In this document: piece after piece, positions 40,361 through 54,275 of the stretch
Position numbering within the stretch: position 1 is the stretch's first letter
How the letters are laid out: the number at the start of each line of letters is the position of its first letter
NCBI GenBank assembly: GCA_037379345.1
Contig: CM074517.1
Location: forward strand, 30,132,001 to 30,196,000
Length of the DNA stretch: 64,000 nucleotides
Direction: 5' to 3'
DNA from: Perna viridis
Taxonomy: Eukaryota
Translations under genes and position numbers: made by a program
Notes under the pieces: model-generated
What the model was told of the DNA's origin: nothing
Database searches by the model: none
What the model saw: the letters and a program-made list of their open reading frames with translations, nothing else

Positions 40361-42881
40361 CTAAACTTAAATTAGGGTGCCGCATTACCTTGCTGATAGC
40401 TATATATATACTAAAGTTGTATAAACATTGAAACATTGTCCGTCTTTTTGGCCGACAACAATTTCTAGTGAATATTTCAAATACAATCTATACATAGTGC
40501 AGAAATTAAAATTTCTACATGCAATAATAACTATTTGAAGATTTTTTTTCAAATCTCGAAGGTACGAAACTGAAAAAAATATTAGTACTGTTATTTATGT
40601 AGAAATTGGTATCAGAAGATTAAATTTTTACCGAAATTCAAACCCTAAACACTTATGTAAAATAACAGAATTTTGGAGCAGACTTTGTGAGCGTAATATC
40701 GATAAATGATAATAGTCAAGTAGTTGTTCACAGTAAAGCGATATTTTCTCAACTTTGTTTCTTTCGTGGGTTAATGTCTTTCCGAAAACAATTAATCTAG
40801 GAATGGACCCATTCCAAGTTAGTCAGTTCCCTAGCTTCGATTACTTATGATACGGATAAACTCTCCTTCGGTTAAAATATTGGAAACAAACGGCCAAAAC
40901 ATGAAAACATGAAAACATATAAAATCAACATTCACAATGTATACAACAAAATAATATACATTTATTTATATTAAACTGAAGATAAGACAAACAAGACTGC
41001 ACATACAAAAAAAACTTTAAGTAGATGCAATGTGAACTCCCAAAAAATCTGGAATGACATCATGTGATCCGAAAGGGTAAGCATGTCCTGATACGCATGG
41101 CCCATCATACAGTCATCATATTGTAAAGCGTCTCATTTCCCCTTTATTTGCACAGAAATTGATGTCGTGTTATAATAACCCTTTATCATTCTCTCTTGTC
41201 TCTGTGATGGTTGTTATTTATTACTGGTCTTCGTTAGAATCGTGCAGTGTGACATAAGGTCATCAAATACACTACTTTGAAGATTTATTTTTACTATTTG
41301 AACCATCAAAACTTACGGCTTAATCCAATTTTGCTTTATTATTCTAGTAAAAATTGGAATATTTTAAATGAAAACTTGCAAAATAAACCAAAAAAAAAAA
41401 CAACAGATAACTGTCAAGTGATACCATCCCTTATCAAACATATTTTGCCAGACTAGTTGATTATTTGTCAATCATGTTCCAGATTTCCAAAATTTCGCCT
41501 GCTTCTTACAAAGATTTGTACTTAAATGCTACAGATATGAACAAACATCACGCCAGGTAATAAAAATATGATGTTGATTATTATTTCTATCGAATGATTG
41601 CATAACTTACTTGGATGTCTGTGGACAGAGATAAACATATCTTTTTTGTGTACCAAGACAATATTGATCCTCTGAAAAAAAATTGAATAATTTGTTTTTA
41701 TATTATGCTTTTGTGGATTAATTTGTTCTGATATTATGCCTTTGTGGAAGATTGTGTAACTGTATGAATTAAGAAATACTATTTTTGATAGCCAAGGGCT
41801 CCCGGGAAATCAAGGATACAAATTCAAAAGAAAATATTTTAATGAATAAAAAGGTAGGTTTTATTTGCAATCATACCAGCCTTCTTTTTATTTTATTACT
41901 TCATCGTTAAAAAGTGCACAAACATTGATAACGAGATACTAAAATTTTGCAACTCGCGTAACTAAAAAAAGGAAATAAAATGGAGGAAGACACGAAAATC
42001 AACATTGATAAATATGAACACATGAAAGAGACAGCTTATGGTAAATGAGCAAATTGAATTTGTGTGTAAATAAAACTAGATATAATTGATAAATATACCC
42101 TTTTGTTATTGCGATATTTTTAGAGGTTTTTGAAAAAGCAATATTGATAGGTATCACCTTGCAACTAAACATGTCTAAAATGTCTTAGCGACCTGTTGTA
42201 TTTATCAATAACCTGTCTTAAAAGACAAAAAAGACCTCTCCATGTATTTGTGGTTTTTGGTTTCCAGTTATACGATGATGCAGTTTTTGTGTATTACCAT
42301 ATCAAAAATAGTTCGTATAATTACGATTTTGACAGGTGTGACCTTATATCAAGAATTGTAGTGCTAATAAAAACTCTCAAAAAGTACAATGTAGATTGGG
42401 TAAATTTATAGGTTGCAATAAAAGGCAATTGAGATAGGCATGAGAAATTTTTAATAATAATTGTGTTTAATATAAGGTTTACACCATTCAATAGCTGTAA
42501 TGTTAAAAATAATAAACTATAAAGATAATACTGAATGTGGCAAGTAAGGCACTCCAGGGGAGGATAAAAACACAAGAAATGAAATACAAGGAATTAAAAG
42601 ATTAACATTGATTGGTGTTAATTAATATAATCCAAAATCAAGCAGAAAAAGAAAAAAAAACGAAAACTTGAAAACATAATGCATGTATTCTCAAAACTAG
42701 CATGGTGAACAGTAAATACGACGTTGGTATTATTTGTATTATAGTAGGTTTTTTTATCCATTACACAGTAAACTACCTCTTTGGTAAATAAATTGTCAAA
42801 TAATAAATACAATTGATTGTAACTGAAGCTGTCCTTAGACATAATTCAAATAAATTTAAATGCATTTTCGAAGTGTTTACC

Positions 42882-43014
42882 GTGTCATAGTTTTACATTG
42901 CTCTTTCTTCTATCCCGAACGTGATGTTAAATAAGAAACCCGGCGGGTTATAAGGCAGAGGATGCTACCCTACCGTGAACCTGGTCCATGTTTCGAGTTA
43001 TAAGTGGAGTCAGG
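42882..43014 (+). mobile_element. Core fragment, same family
   Basis: cggcgggtt...gcagaggatgctaccctaccgtgaacctggtccatg...agtggagtc. Confidence 0.65.
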
Positions 43015-44328
43015 GTAGTGTATTAACATTTTGGGTACTCAGTGGGAGCCCTTGTCAAATATTTTTAGATTAGAAGAAAGAAGATGAGTGTTCACACTTG
43101 GATATTTTTCTTCATATTCTTATCGTATGGGGCTTTATATCATTAGTTTATCTATTAAATTAAAATAAGATTCAAAGTGGTGTTCTTAGAGTTCACCCGT
43201 CATATACATAGATGACAAATTGAAAACTTTCCCTCTCTGGCAATGCACCAACATCTTCAGTCTATGAAATATACATTAGATACTTTCAAATAAGCTTCTT
43301 AGACAATGTTTATTCAGCCTTTTTTGCTACTGTTACTACAGACGCCTTATGGTCTCCATTATGATTTGAACAACAGATACGTACTTTCTATCGAGCAAAT
43401 GAGACAGAAGATCATCAGTTAGATTTTACGTCTTACCTGGTTGACATTTGGCGGAACAAGTCATGCCAACCCTTCCAGAGAGCCTGGTGACTTTTTTGCG
43501 AGAATACATGTTGCGAGATCTTTATTTTATTTTTTTTTTTTTTGTATGTGCTGCCTTGTTTTATTCTTATGTTCAGTTGTATTTGTTGTTGTTGTTGTTT
43601 CTTCTGTTGGTTAAATTATGCATGTATATTGTTTCTGTGTCTTAATTTCTGGTTTTGTCTATGTCTTTGCTTTGGATTCTGATGTCACTTAATTGTCCTT
43701 TGTTAGATTCTCGATATTTTTTTTTTCATTTTGTTTATTCTATTTTATTTTATTTTCGCCGATGTATCCTTTAATTGCACTTAAAGTGTAAGCAGAATCA
43801 TTCCCAGATATACACTCATATACTCAAAAACACAATGGAATTGTGCAAATTGAATAAAAGATTCCTTCGCACAAACACCAAATTAATAAGTCTAAGTCAC
43901 TTACACTACGCTTATTATTTTTACTTCTTGGCTTTTTTTAACTTAGCTTGTCTCCGTCTACCTATATACACCCCCGGCTGTAATATAAGATTTAATAGTT
44001 GGAGGTTTCAATTTGTCTGCGCCGTATTCGTCATTTTAATCAAGGAGTAAAAGTCAGTCAATACCAATGTGATGTTTTACGATTAATTTATGAAAAGAAA
44101 AATTACCATTATATCATATGCTATGACAATCAATAAACTCGAATTTACTCCTTTAACGTCTTGAATAATGAACTTTGTAAAATTTTGAACTTAAGATGGT
44201 TTATCGATATTCAATTCAAAGTAATAAACTTTTTGATAATATTTAACCCTAATATCGAAAAAAGTGTATTATACCTAAAAAAAACTAATTGAGTAGACTA
44301 AAATTAAAACAAATATCAAATACAAATA

Positions 44329-44517
44329 CAGCAAAGCCTGCCTAAATCGAACCCTGTGTGATCCAATAACTTGTCTGAACCATATAATACACTTTTAAAA
44401 GGCTCTTTATATCTGTAAAATGTATTTAAGTATGTTTTTAAATTTGGGTAACCGAACACCTGTCTTAACTAAACAAATTGTAAAGTCCAAATGGGTTCAG
44501 TTTGAACAGGTTTCCTG
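44329..44517. mobile_element. TA-flanked Tc1/mariner-pogo-like MITE
   Basis: TA|CAGCAAAGCCTGCCTAAATCGAACC ... GGTTCAGTTTGAACAGGTTTCCTG|TA, imperfect TIRs. Confidence 0.6.
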
Positions 44518-45107
44518 TATTTTATATAAGCGTAGATTACATAACGCAATGCTACATTTATTGTGAGCAATTTTGACTATATAACGTTACCATACGTATT
44601 TGTGGAATTATTGTATAAAGGTCAAGTTTTACTAACTTAAATTAGGGTTGTATAATAAGCCGCTTCTAAAATTTCAACAATCAGACAGTAATTCTGTAGA
44701 AGAGTAATCAAATGTTACGTCAAGAAATTTGATCTTTCAGGAAGTTATAAGTTTTGAAATAAAATGTTGCAACTGAAATCAGATTATTCCCTTGTAGATT
44801 TGTTTTTGCTTGTTTGTTCGTAAAGTTTACAAAATAATCATTTAGATTCAAGAGACTTATTCGTGACTGGTTTTTTTTTCTTCAATATATAATAGCTATA
44901 TTAACGTTAAATAAAACTATTGCAAAAGGAAACACATCTATCTAATTAAAATATGTAAACCTCTTCAAAATATTAAGATACAAAATAAAACTTGATGGTT
45001 TTCATTCCTCTTGACAGAACCCAACAACTATTTTGACCATATATTTACAAATTAATTTGACTTAGTTAAACATACGGTTAATACAACATTCGATACAGAT
45101 TTTAACA

Positions 45108-45643
45108 CATCATGTTCATTATATCATATATTTTAACCAAACTTCAAGTATGGTCTGTTACGGTATGCGATATAGGTCTAGGGGTGTAATATAGGGTATG
45201 CGGAAAAAGGTCTAGGTTGTGTTATAGGGTACGCGATGCAGGGTAGACGACAAGTTTAAACAAGCACTTATATTGCATATACAAAAGTCATATTTTAGTC
45301 TAAATATATGGTATACTATATATTGAATTTTACATGCCAAAATCTGTATCATATGCCGTATCAATCCGCGACTCCAATACCACCACAGGGGCTACCAGCC
45401 CGAGGGGGTATAGATCGAGGATTGATACGGCATGTTATACAGAATTTGACATGACATGTTCATAATATCATATTTTTACCATACTTTAAGTGTGCTCCGA
45501 GTAGGGATGCGATACAGGGTGGGCTATATAGGTTTAGGGGTGTGATATAGGGTATGCGATATAGGTCTGGTGTGTGATATTGAGTATGCGATATAGGGTA
45601 TACGATATATGGTTTCACAATCACTTATAATATATATACAAAA
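45108..45643. repeat. Hairpin plus GATATAGGG element, about 1.5 tandem units
   Basis: catgttca(t)..atatcatat, degenerate GATATAGG arrays (45165-45245, 45505-45610) and tttaaacaa..cacttata...atacaaaa each occur twice; ~39-bp inverted arms at 45333-45453. Confidence 0.75.
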
Positions 45644-45847
45644 GTAATCCAGGGAACCAAGATTCTAGCGGAAATAAAAAGAACGTAATCCGCGGGAACA
45701 AAGACCAGACATGGAAAACAAACATACACAACAAAGAACATAGAATTATAATACATATAAAGTAACAAAAGTAAATGAGCAACTCGGACTCCACTGAAAA
45801 CTGGGAGCATGGACCAAGTGCACCGGTAGGGTAAGCATCCTCTGCTT
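45641..45847 (-). mobile_element. 3'-end fragment, same family (well preserved)
   Basis: aatgagcaactcggactccactgaaaactgggagcatggaccaagtgcaccggtagggtaagcatcctctgctt. Confidence 0.8.
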
Positions 45848-47177
45848 ACAAAGAACAAATGTTTTATTCTGATATATGATATATGATATATTCCGCTAAC
45901 TGGAATTTAATCAAACTTTCTTCTAATGCCAATGTACACCTTCTATTTTGCTTGTCCATCAGAAGGACTTTTAGAGTTTCTAATATGGTTTATAGGGAGG
46001 GAGCTAGTTTGTGTGTATCATCTGACATATTACATGTAAGATTTGCTCACATTTCTAGTATCTAGTATCATATTCCTTTGTTTGGGACATTAAAATAAGT
46101 AGGAAATTTGCTTTGAAATAATTTTGAGTGTTTTGCTATTTTGTCTAAGAGTGTAAACCATTGTTGATTTCATTATAACACTATTAAAATTTACTCTGTC
46201 AGAAATAATTAAATAATGAGTCTTGCACGAAGTTTGAAATATCACCAAGCGGATGGGTAAAAATATATATGTAAAAAAGATATTTCATAACGGTTTCTAA
46301 TATTTTATTTTTTTTTCTTGACAAATGACAGTGTCATTTTAACTTTTGCTAATATTTGTCTGGTTGTAATAAAAAGACAATATGACAACAAATTAACAAT
46401 GAAGGAAAGGCAACGATAAATCACTTGTATTTTATCATTGCTTATCTTAGCTACTTGAGAAACGAACCCTAAAGGAGAATTAACACGGTTTCTCATAATA
46501 ATTAGAAAATAAACAAAGTCACCTTGACTATATTTTCTCACGACAAAGAGCTATTGATTTCTTTCTTAGTTGTTCTAGAGTCTGTTGTAACAGGGATTGA
46601 CCGCATTTATCAATTTACCTGTCTAGTTATACAACTCAGTTGTAGGGATTTTGTTATTTAAATTTTAAATATGAATGATTTCAGATAGCGATTTGTCATG
46701 TCACTTAACACAATCGATGTACTTGCGAAGACAATCGTTTTATCGGTCCGTTTGATTATAATCACATCATACCTTTAATATATAGTTTATTCAGTTTTAT
46801 AGAAAATGTAACTCCGAAGGTGCTTTAGCGATCTTTTTGTAATAATAATATTCTTAATGTAATCTACAAAAAGTTAATTTCTAGCGCGGCATAATAATTT
46901 TCTGTTTAACTTTTAAAAAAAAGATATGGCATTGATAATACCAATTTGTAAAAAAAAAAAAAAAAAAATTAATTCTATTTCTGCTAAAATACATGTACTT
47001 GTTTTTCAAACGTCATCATCTGTCTAATGTAAAATAAAACAATGTTCTACAGTAAAAATGAAATTTATGCTATAACTTTTTTGTAAGAATTACAAGTAAT
47101 AATGCTTAAAAGGACAATAAATCTGTTTTTAAACGTATGTTAAGAATTTTATGTTACCATATACACTAACCAATTAA

Positions 47178-47389
47178 GGAGGTAGACCTAGGATAAAGGA
47201 CACAACTCTTACAAATCATTGGAACGTTTGTATTCAGCATTTTGCATCAATGTCATGTAAGCATCAAAGTAACTTGGACTGAGTTCATTCTGTTTCAAAA
47301 GAAAGCTTGATAGGTTTTTGTGAAATTGAAAACGATACAAGCATATTATTGTTTTCAACAGTTATGTAACTTACCCTAGGGCTACCTCC
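47178..47389. mobile_element. Complete ~212-bp MITE with TTAA target-site duplication (Kolobok-type GG...CC termini)
   Basis: TTAA|GGAGGTAGACCTAGGATAAAGGACACAAC ... GTTATGTAACTTACCCTAGGGCTACCTCC|TTAA. Confidence 0.8.
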
Positions 47390-48018
47390 TTAATTAGATA
47401 AAAATTAACAATATGAGAAATTATGATACAACTATTTCATAAGAATATCAAAACCATACACTTTATTAATCTTACCCAAGAACTATCAATAGATTGAGTT
47501 TTCATGTGAAGGAAAGCTTTGAAATTAAATGACGGATAGGCTATAAGTACCTTTAATTAAATAATATGTTATCATTATTTTTTTAGTCTTTTCTAACTTA
47601 TTGTATTCATTTATTTGCTTACTTTAATTATATAGCATCAAGGAAAAGATTTTAAGGGCGTACACAACACCAAAGGGAATTAACTCTGTAAAATCAGCAA
47701 AACGTTATTTTGTGACATTCTGATATCAAACTCAAAGCATCTTAGTGATCAAACGTTTTATTGATAAACCTACTATATTTTCATTGAAATTGTTCCCACG
47801 GAACATGTGATTAAAATTTCTTGAAATTTGTATATTTTGCTTCTTTTATTTAAGTAAAACACTGAATACAATTTCAAGCAATTTAATCAAGCCAAAGACA
47901 TTTTAGAGAAGATGTTTAATAAATCATCTGCTTGCAAGTTTGAAAAATTGATTGGGTATGTAAAAATCAATGAAAGTGATGATTGTAGAATTATACAAAA
48001 TTAAGTTCTTTTTAGAAG

Positions 48019-49273
48019 CAAGAGGCTCCCAGGAGCCTGAATCGCTCGCCTGGTTATTTTTTTTTTCATTTATAAGGCAATAACTCTAACAAGGATTTTT
48101 GGCTCAAAGAAGACTTCATCAATTTAAAGTTTCTATATATCTTTTCTAGTTTTCAAGATATTGGATGAAAACTGCTGAAACATTTTTTGCCTTTCAAGGA
48201 CAGTTACTCCAAAAAGGAGTTTTTCGACAATTTTGACTCAAAGTAGATTTTGGTAGGCCTTATCATAAGAATCATTTCAGCAATTGAAAGTTTCTATCTA
48301 TCATAAAAACATCATTTTTCATCCTTTCAAAGGCAATAACGCTAACAAGGAGTCATTTGACAACTTTGAGACCTTAAAGACATTTGTAGGCCATATAATA
48401 TCGATCATTTCAGCAATTGAAAGAATTTGAATAAACCTTACTGTTTCGGACATATATGAGAAAATTTTCTGACTAACCGGTTTGTTCTATTTTTAGTAAC
48501 AGTGGTCATGTTTTCCACGGACAAAACATCCTTACATCAGTTCTATGATAAAAACACTAGGGAATATTCATACCAAATTTGTATCCAATTGTTGTAGTAG
48601 TGTCAGAAGAGAAAATATTTAAAAGAAATACCAATCAAAATAGCAAAAATGTTGAAAATGAAACGAAAATTTAAACGAAGACAGATTACATTATTCTGAA
48701 CACAATAATTCCATATCAGAATTTGGCTGAACCTAACAGTCTTGGAGATGTGTGCGAAAAACTACTGTCTGACCCCTATGTTCAATTTTTAGTAACGGCA
48801 GCCCTGTTTTTTTTTCTTCTTCTTCTTCTTTTTTTTGATAGATCGGAAATCCCAACATCAGTTCTACACAGGATACCACAAGAAACTTCATACTAAGTTT
48901 GGTTCTAATTGGTCAAGTAGTGGCAGAGGAGATAATTTATCAGCGTAAACCGAAAATTCACCACAGATAGATCTTATCATATTGAATAATTTTACCTTGT
49001 CAGAATTTGGCTACACCAAAATCTCTTGGAGATTTAGGCGAAAGACTACTGTCTGAACCCTATATTTATTTTTAGTAACAGCGGTCATGTTTTTTTTTCA
49101 AGGATAAAAAATCCCAACATCCATTTTATGCAGGAAATCCCTAGAAACATTCGTACCAATTTTAGTTCTAATTGCTTAGGTACTGTCAGAGGAGAAATGT
49201 TTTTAAAAATTGTTAAAGCAGACGGACGCCTCGTGGTGGCATTAGCTCACATGGCCTCTTACCAGCTGAGCTA
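48019..49273. mobile_element. Non-autonomous Helentron-associated (HINE / pearl-like) element with internal tandem repeats
   Basis: Left end caagaggctcccaggagcctgaatcgctcgcctgg (short hairpin plus subterminal repeat). Right end has a gacggacg microsatellite remnant and the agctcacatggcc...ccagctgagct hairpin. Internal repeats of ~125-135 bp (48074, 48196, 48330) and ~285-295 bp (48491, 48787, 49070). Confidence 0.75.
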
Positions 49274-49632
49274 TTAAAAAAAGGACATACTTATTGTCAT
49301 TTTGTAAGGATAATATCGTGTCTGGTTTTTATGTATTTTTAAACTTTAAATTTATACACTCCCGAAGGGAGCGTTTATGGTTGTATTATCAACTTGGTTC
49401 TGTATACTTATGGCAAGAAAAAGCATCAATATCCGGCTTGTACCTGCATTTGCAGGAGCTGAAAAACAGGATAATGGCAGCTTCATGTGCGTATACTTGA
49501 GCCCCAAACCAATCTCGGAAAATATTTGCTAGTTTCGATAAATAAATACAAATCGAATCATAGTTTTTCCAAGACAGGGTTGGCCTTATAATCCACAATA
49601 TGGCTCCCGGATGTTTATGAAAATAATTCTCG

Positions 49633-49814
49633 GGTTATAAAAATTGCGAAACGAAACGAAAATAATCGATAAAAGAAAGAATTGGAACGAAACAGTGCGA
49701 TAAAATGAATCAAATCGTAATAAAAAAATAATTAAACTATACTAAATGAAACAGAATGCAGCGAAACTAAAAACAAAAGAAATCTTTTAAGACGTTTCGC
49801 AAATTTTAAGAACC
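49633..49814. mobile_element. MITE-like element with (CGAAA)n-derived interior
   Basis: ggttataaaaattgcgaaacg and cgtttcgcaaattttaagaacc form inverted termini. Confidence 0.55.
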
Positions 49815-50667
49815 ATAATGTTAACCAGTGCCGGACAATTCGACCCAAAGACATTTCGGACCACGAAAACAATAATTCTATATGAAAGCCGGATATTTCG
49901 GCATATAGATATATCAGACCATGACAATTAGTATAATGCTTTAGGGCAAATATATATCATTACAAAATTTACCATACTTGAAGGTATAACATGTGAAATA
50001 AGAGCTCCGTTAGCATAGTTTGAATATACATGTTATAAAGACTGTTCTGTGATTGGTTTACTTTTTATTCGACATCTTAGTCATTCAGTGCGTACAGGTG
50101 CAAGGAAATTATGATAAGAATAAATATAAACATTATTTCAGTATCTATGGTCCAAAAAGGACAAAAAACTTCTAACGATAACGGGAACTCAGACTTACAA
50201 TTTCAATAAATCATTTAATAATATTCTTTCTAGCGCTTCACATCTTTAGAAGAAGAAAGTTAAATTGTAAAAAAAAAATGTGGGCTTTTAGTGCAAGACT
50301 TTAGAAACAATCAACAGGAAATAATAAAAATATTTGATTACAAGTTTAATACTGGTATATAGGGTTCGTATCGTATTCAAACTAAGTGACATCGGCTTTG
50401 TTTTATTGTGGTTCCGAATTGATCTACGGAACACTATAAATAACAAGTACTTGATCCGACCAACTTATGGTATCTTTTGTAAGTGAAACCAAGGGATGCA
50501 ATTGATGTGTGTTAATGTTAGAAACAACCAACTTTGCAATGTTTTATTCTATAGTTAAGAAGTAAAATATAATTATGCATGTAAGGCAGAGGCATTTGCA
50601 CAAAATCGTTTATATCAGTCTAAAATTTTATTTGAAGGGAAGTATTTGAAAATTTATCAAACAGATC

Positions 50668-51067
50668 GCAATCCAGGGACACCGATCGACCAAACAACAA
50701 CAAAAAAGACAAACACAACAAAGATGACGAATTTTAAACTAAATAATACACACATAGAATAATAAGTAAACGAGCAATCTGGACTCCACTAACAAATGGG
50801 AGCATGGACCAGATGCACCGGTAGGGCAGACACCCTACGTTTTCTAGAATCGCCGAACTAACAACTCTATCAAATGTGACACCGCTCTGTCTAAAAAGTG
50901 ATCAAGGGAACCAAGGTTACAGCGGTAATCAAAGGAATGCAACCCAGGGACAAAGACCAGACATGGAAAGCAGACATACACAACAAAGAACACAAAGTAA
51001 CTAAAACCATACAAACAAAGCAACAAAACCATATGAGCAACTCGGACTCCACTAAAAAATGGGAGCT
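50668..51067 (-). mobile_element. Two adjacent 3'-end fragments, same family (about 50668-50848 and 50894-51067)
   Basis: Both contain gagcaa(c/t)..ggactccact; the first has gggagcatggaccagatgcaccggtaggg, the second the terminus aagtgatcaagggaaccaagg. Confidence 0.75.
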
Positions 51068-51121
51068 GGTATGAATGTGCAATGTAGCTACCATGCTTTA
51101 TATATCACATATCCAGATCAG

Positions 51122-51243
51122 ATTTGATACAGAATGAAATCAGCCCAAGTTACTTTGATACTTATATGAGATTGATGTAAAATGCTGAATACAAACGTTC
51201 GAATGATTTTAAGAGTTGTGTCCCTTACCCTAGGTCTACATCC
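51122..51243. mobile_element. Partial inverted copy of the TTAA MITE
   Basis: Ends tgtcccttaccctaggtctacatcc|TTAA. Confidence 0.75.
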
Positions 51244-52629
51244 TTAAATTGTTGCTTAAGCTACTCATGAACTGTCGACATTAAAGTGAATACTTCCTAT
51301 AAATTAAAAGAGACTCCTTTGATTTACAAGTAAAAAAAGGTAACAAGGTAACAATACGTCAAACGTAAGTACAAAATATCAATTTAGAAATAGAAGTTCA
51401 TAAAAATCCACTAAAATAGATAAATCAAAAACTTTTATTCAGTTCAAATTACTAAACAATTCTTGATTTAGGTTTCAAACTAAAGTCAGATGAAAAACAC
51501 CAAGCATAACTCTAGTCATTGTTTCCATAGAATCAAAGTTTAACAATACTCTTTGTACATAATACAAGCGACAATACCGCAATATTATAGAATAATATAT
51601 ATGATTTGTTTATGGAAATTACTACTGCCGAAATATTTCGCAATATATAATTCTCATGTAAGAGTACATTCGAAAAGAATTTATGTATATAATCTCTGGA
51701 ATAGCAGACGTATTTCATAAAGAATCGTACAATTTGATTTTATTCCAGCATAAATCTTTGTAGTGACAGCAAAAAGGAACAAAGACAATGCAGCTTTTCA
51801 TCTTTTATAACTATAAATTAAATAGAAACATATCTTCGAAGGGGATAATGTAATTGTGTCAAGTAAAACCTCATATCTAAATAGCTTATAATGACTCTCT
51901 TTATTGTGTACATGCAGTTTACAACGTATATGTGCCATCGGCACTAAAATATAGGTCGCGACCACTAGTTCTATGACACTGGGGAAGATAAATATAATTG
52001 TGTTACTGTTCAAGTCATAAGTTCTCTTTATGGTATGTGAATTTAACACTTGATATTACCTCTGTAGTGATATTGTATTTCAAAGACTGGTTACTTCAGC
52101 AAGAATATTTAAATCAAGGGACAATATCAAAGCTGACAGGTGTTCTTTTTATAACTATAAAAACAGAGGTTAATTCTTGATGTAGGAATCCAAAAATATT
52201 AATGAAATTGATATCGAAAATTTCGATATGCTATATAGTGTTTCAAGGTGTAACCTCTAATCAGCAGCCTTAATGTGACATTAATATCCGTAATGACGTA
52301 AACCGAAGCGTTTATATTAAGTAATAATCACCTAAAAACCGAAGAAGCTAAATTTCTATGTCTCATTAGGAACATACATAGAAACAATTGCAAGCTTAAA
52401 AAACTATTGGAAAATTTACAGGCTTGTTGACTTTTAAAGAACGATTCAAGTAATCCCTTTAATGCAAAGATTTCAATCAGTTCATTTCCCGATATGGTGG
52501 TCTCATCTGAATTAAAAGTCGGAGAAAACTGTTTTCTTTTGTATTACCATTTATATAGGACAAAGTCGTCGTAACGTTATTAAAACGAGTTTTCAATTGC
52601 ATGCACAAGTATAACCTTAGAATTTGTGT

Positions 52630-52915
52630 CCAAAATAATACGTACAAAGCAACAAAAGAAAATGCGCAACTCGGACTCCACTAAAATCTGGGAGCATGTA
52701 CAAGGTACACCGGTTGCGTAAGCGTTTTCTGCTTTTCTTGAAACAACTGCCAACCAGTCCAAAAAAAGTCAAGTCCGGAGTAGAAGAATGAGGAAAAGAA
52801 AACTGCACGTTGAACAAATCGGTTTTCATGGTGCAAATGGATACACAGTAACGAACCACGAGTTTATGATGATGACCATAAAACTTCTGTAGTAATGACT
52901 TCAATCTTGATTTAT
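52630..52915 (-). mobile_element. Fragment spanning the retroelement ORF C-terminus and 3' UTR
   Basis: Minus-strand peptide (R)LKSLLQKFYGHHHKLVVRYCVSICTMKTDLF directly followed by the conserved non-coding core. Confidence 0.75.
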
Positions 52916-53899
52916 TGTAACGAAATGTCCGAGTAGTGAAGATTTAACTGTTTTCTTTATGGAAAAAAGCAACAATCAATCTTTATTGAGAAAAAGATCG
53001 TAGTCACGTCCGTTAGCTATTATTCCATGTATTGTTACCTTTGCAAGCACCGTATTCGGGAGGTAAGAAGAAACAAAACTGCTTGAAATAGATTGATACC
53101 GTGGAATACAGACGGCGAAAATTTCCAGGTTTACAGCACAACGTAATGATATATATATATGATGGTGATAAATGAAGTGATGAGTCGTATTAGTTGAACG
53201 TTTAAACCCCAAATATGCGATTTTATTTTATAGAAAACATTTTTCATAGTTTTTTTACACGTTACTAAAACAAATTTCACCGTTTACTTTTCCAATCAAA
53301 TCAAAACGAATAATTAGAGTTTAAATCGTGTTACAGTCACGATAAACCAGAAATTTACAAGGTTGTCTGATTCAGTTCTACTTTACATGTCAACAATGAT
53401 TGTCGATGTCTGCCTACGACATCTGGTAAAAATAATGTATTCAAAGACAACTTTAGAAAATCACATCACAGTACGCATATCTAATTTGTTTTTATCCAGC
53501 ACACTGGAAACTAATGTCAGAACATTACACATACACCTTGTTGTGGTGCAGTCTTGGTGTGCTTGTCAGGTCAGCTTCAAAGTGGAACGCTACAAATGAC
53601 GTACTGTATTCACTGAATTAGTGTATGTACCTGGCAATGAATTTTTGTTTTCATTTACCGTGTACTATTCCCGACCGACTCGTTTGGCATGTATGCCTTT
53701 TATGTGTTTTAGTAAGATATGATTAATGTGTTGCAAAATTGCTATACAGTTGTAATTGCGTGGAAACTGTAGGCATCTATTTCCCAAGAACACCTATTCC
53801 AAATAAATTAAGTTATTAAATTTGTATATAATAAATATTATATCATCCACTGATATTTTTTTTATCCTTCATCATTTTATTAATTTGTTTGTTTGTTTA

Positions 53900-54055
53900 N
53901 NNNNNNNNNNNNNNNNNNNNNNNNNNNNNNNNNNNNNNNNNNNNNNNNNNNNNNNNNNNNNNNNNNNNNNNNNNNNNNNNNNNNNNNNNNNNNNNNNNNN
54001 NNNNNNNNNNNNNNNNNNNNNNNNNNNNNNNNNNNNNNNNNNNNNNNNNNNNNNN
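53900..54055. other. Assembly gap (156 N), preceded by (TTTG)n
   Basis: Run of n in the sequence. Confidence 0.99.
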
Positions 54056-54275
54056 ATAAATGTATTACCTATTATATCGTTATTTTACTAGTCTTTGATT
54101 GTTGCATTGTTTCATTTCTTTCAGAGTTTTTTTTTGGGGGGAGGGGGTGAATTTTAAAGTATGGATACTGTATATACATATATATATATATATAATACAA
54201 AATCACCAGTAACGAACGCTGTTACAAAAGATGTTAATTTGTCTGCTTTAACAATGGAAAATAATACTCTGTTAA

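Noticed and set aside
53822-54150. ORFs spanning the N run
   Set aside because: Artefacts of the assembly gap.
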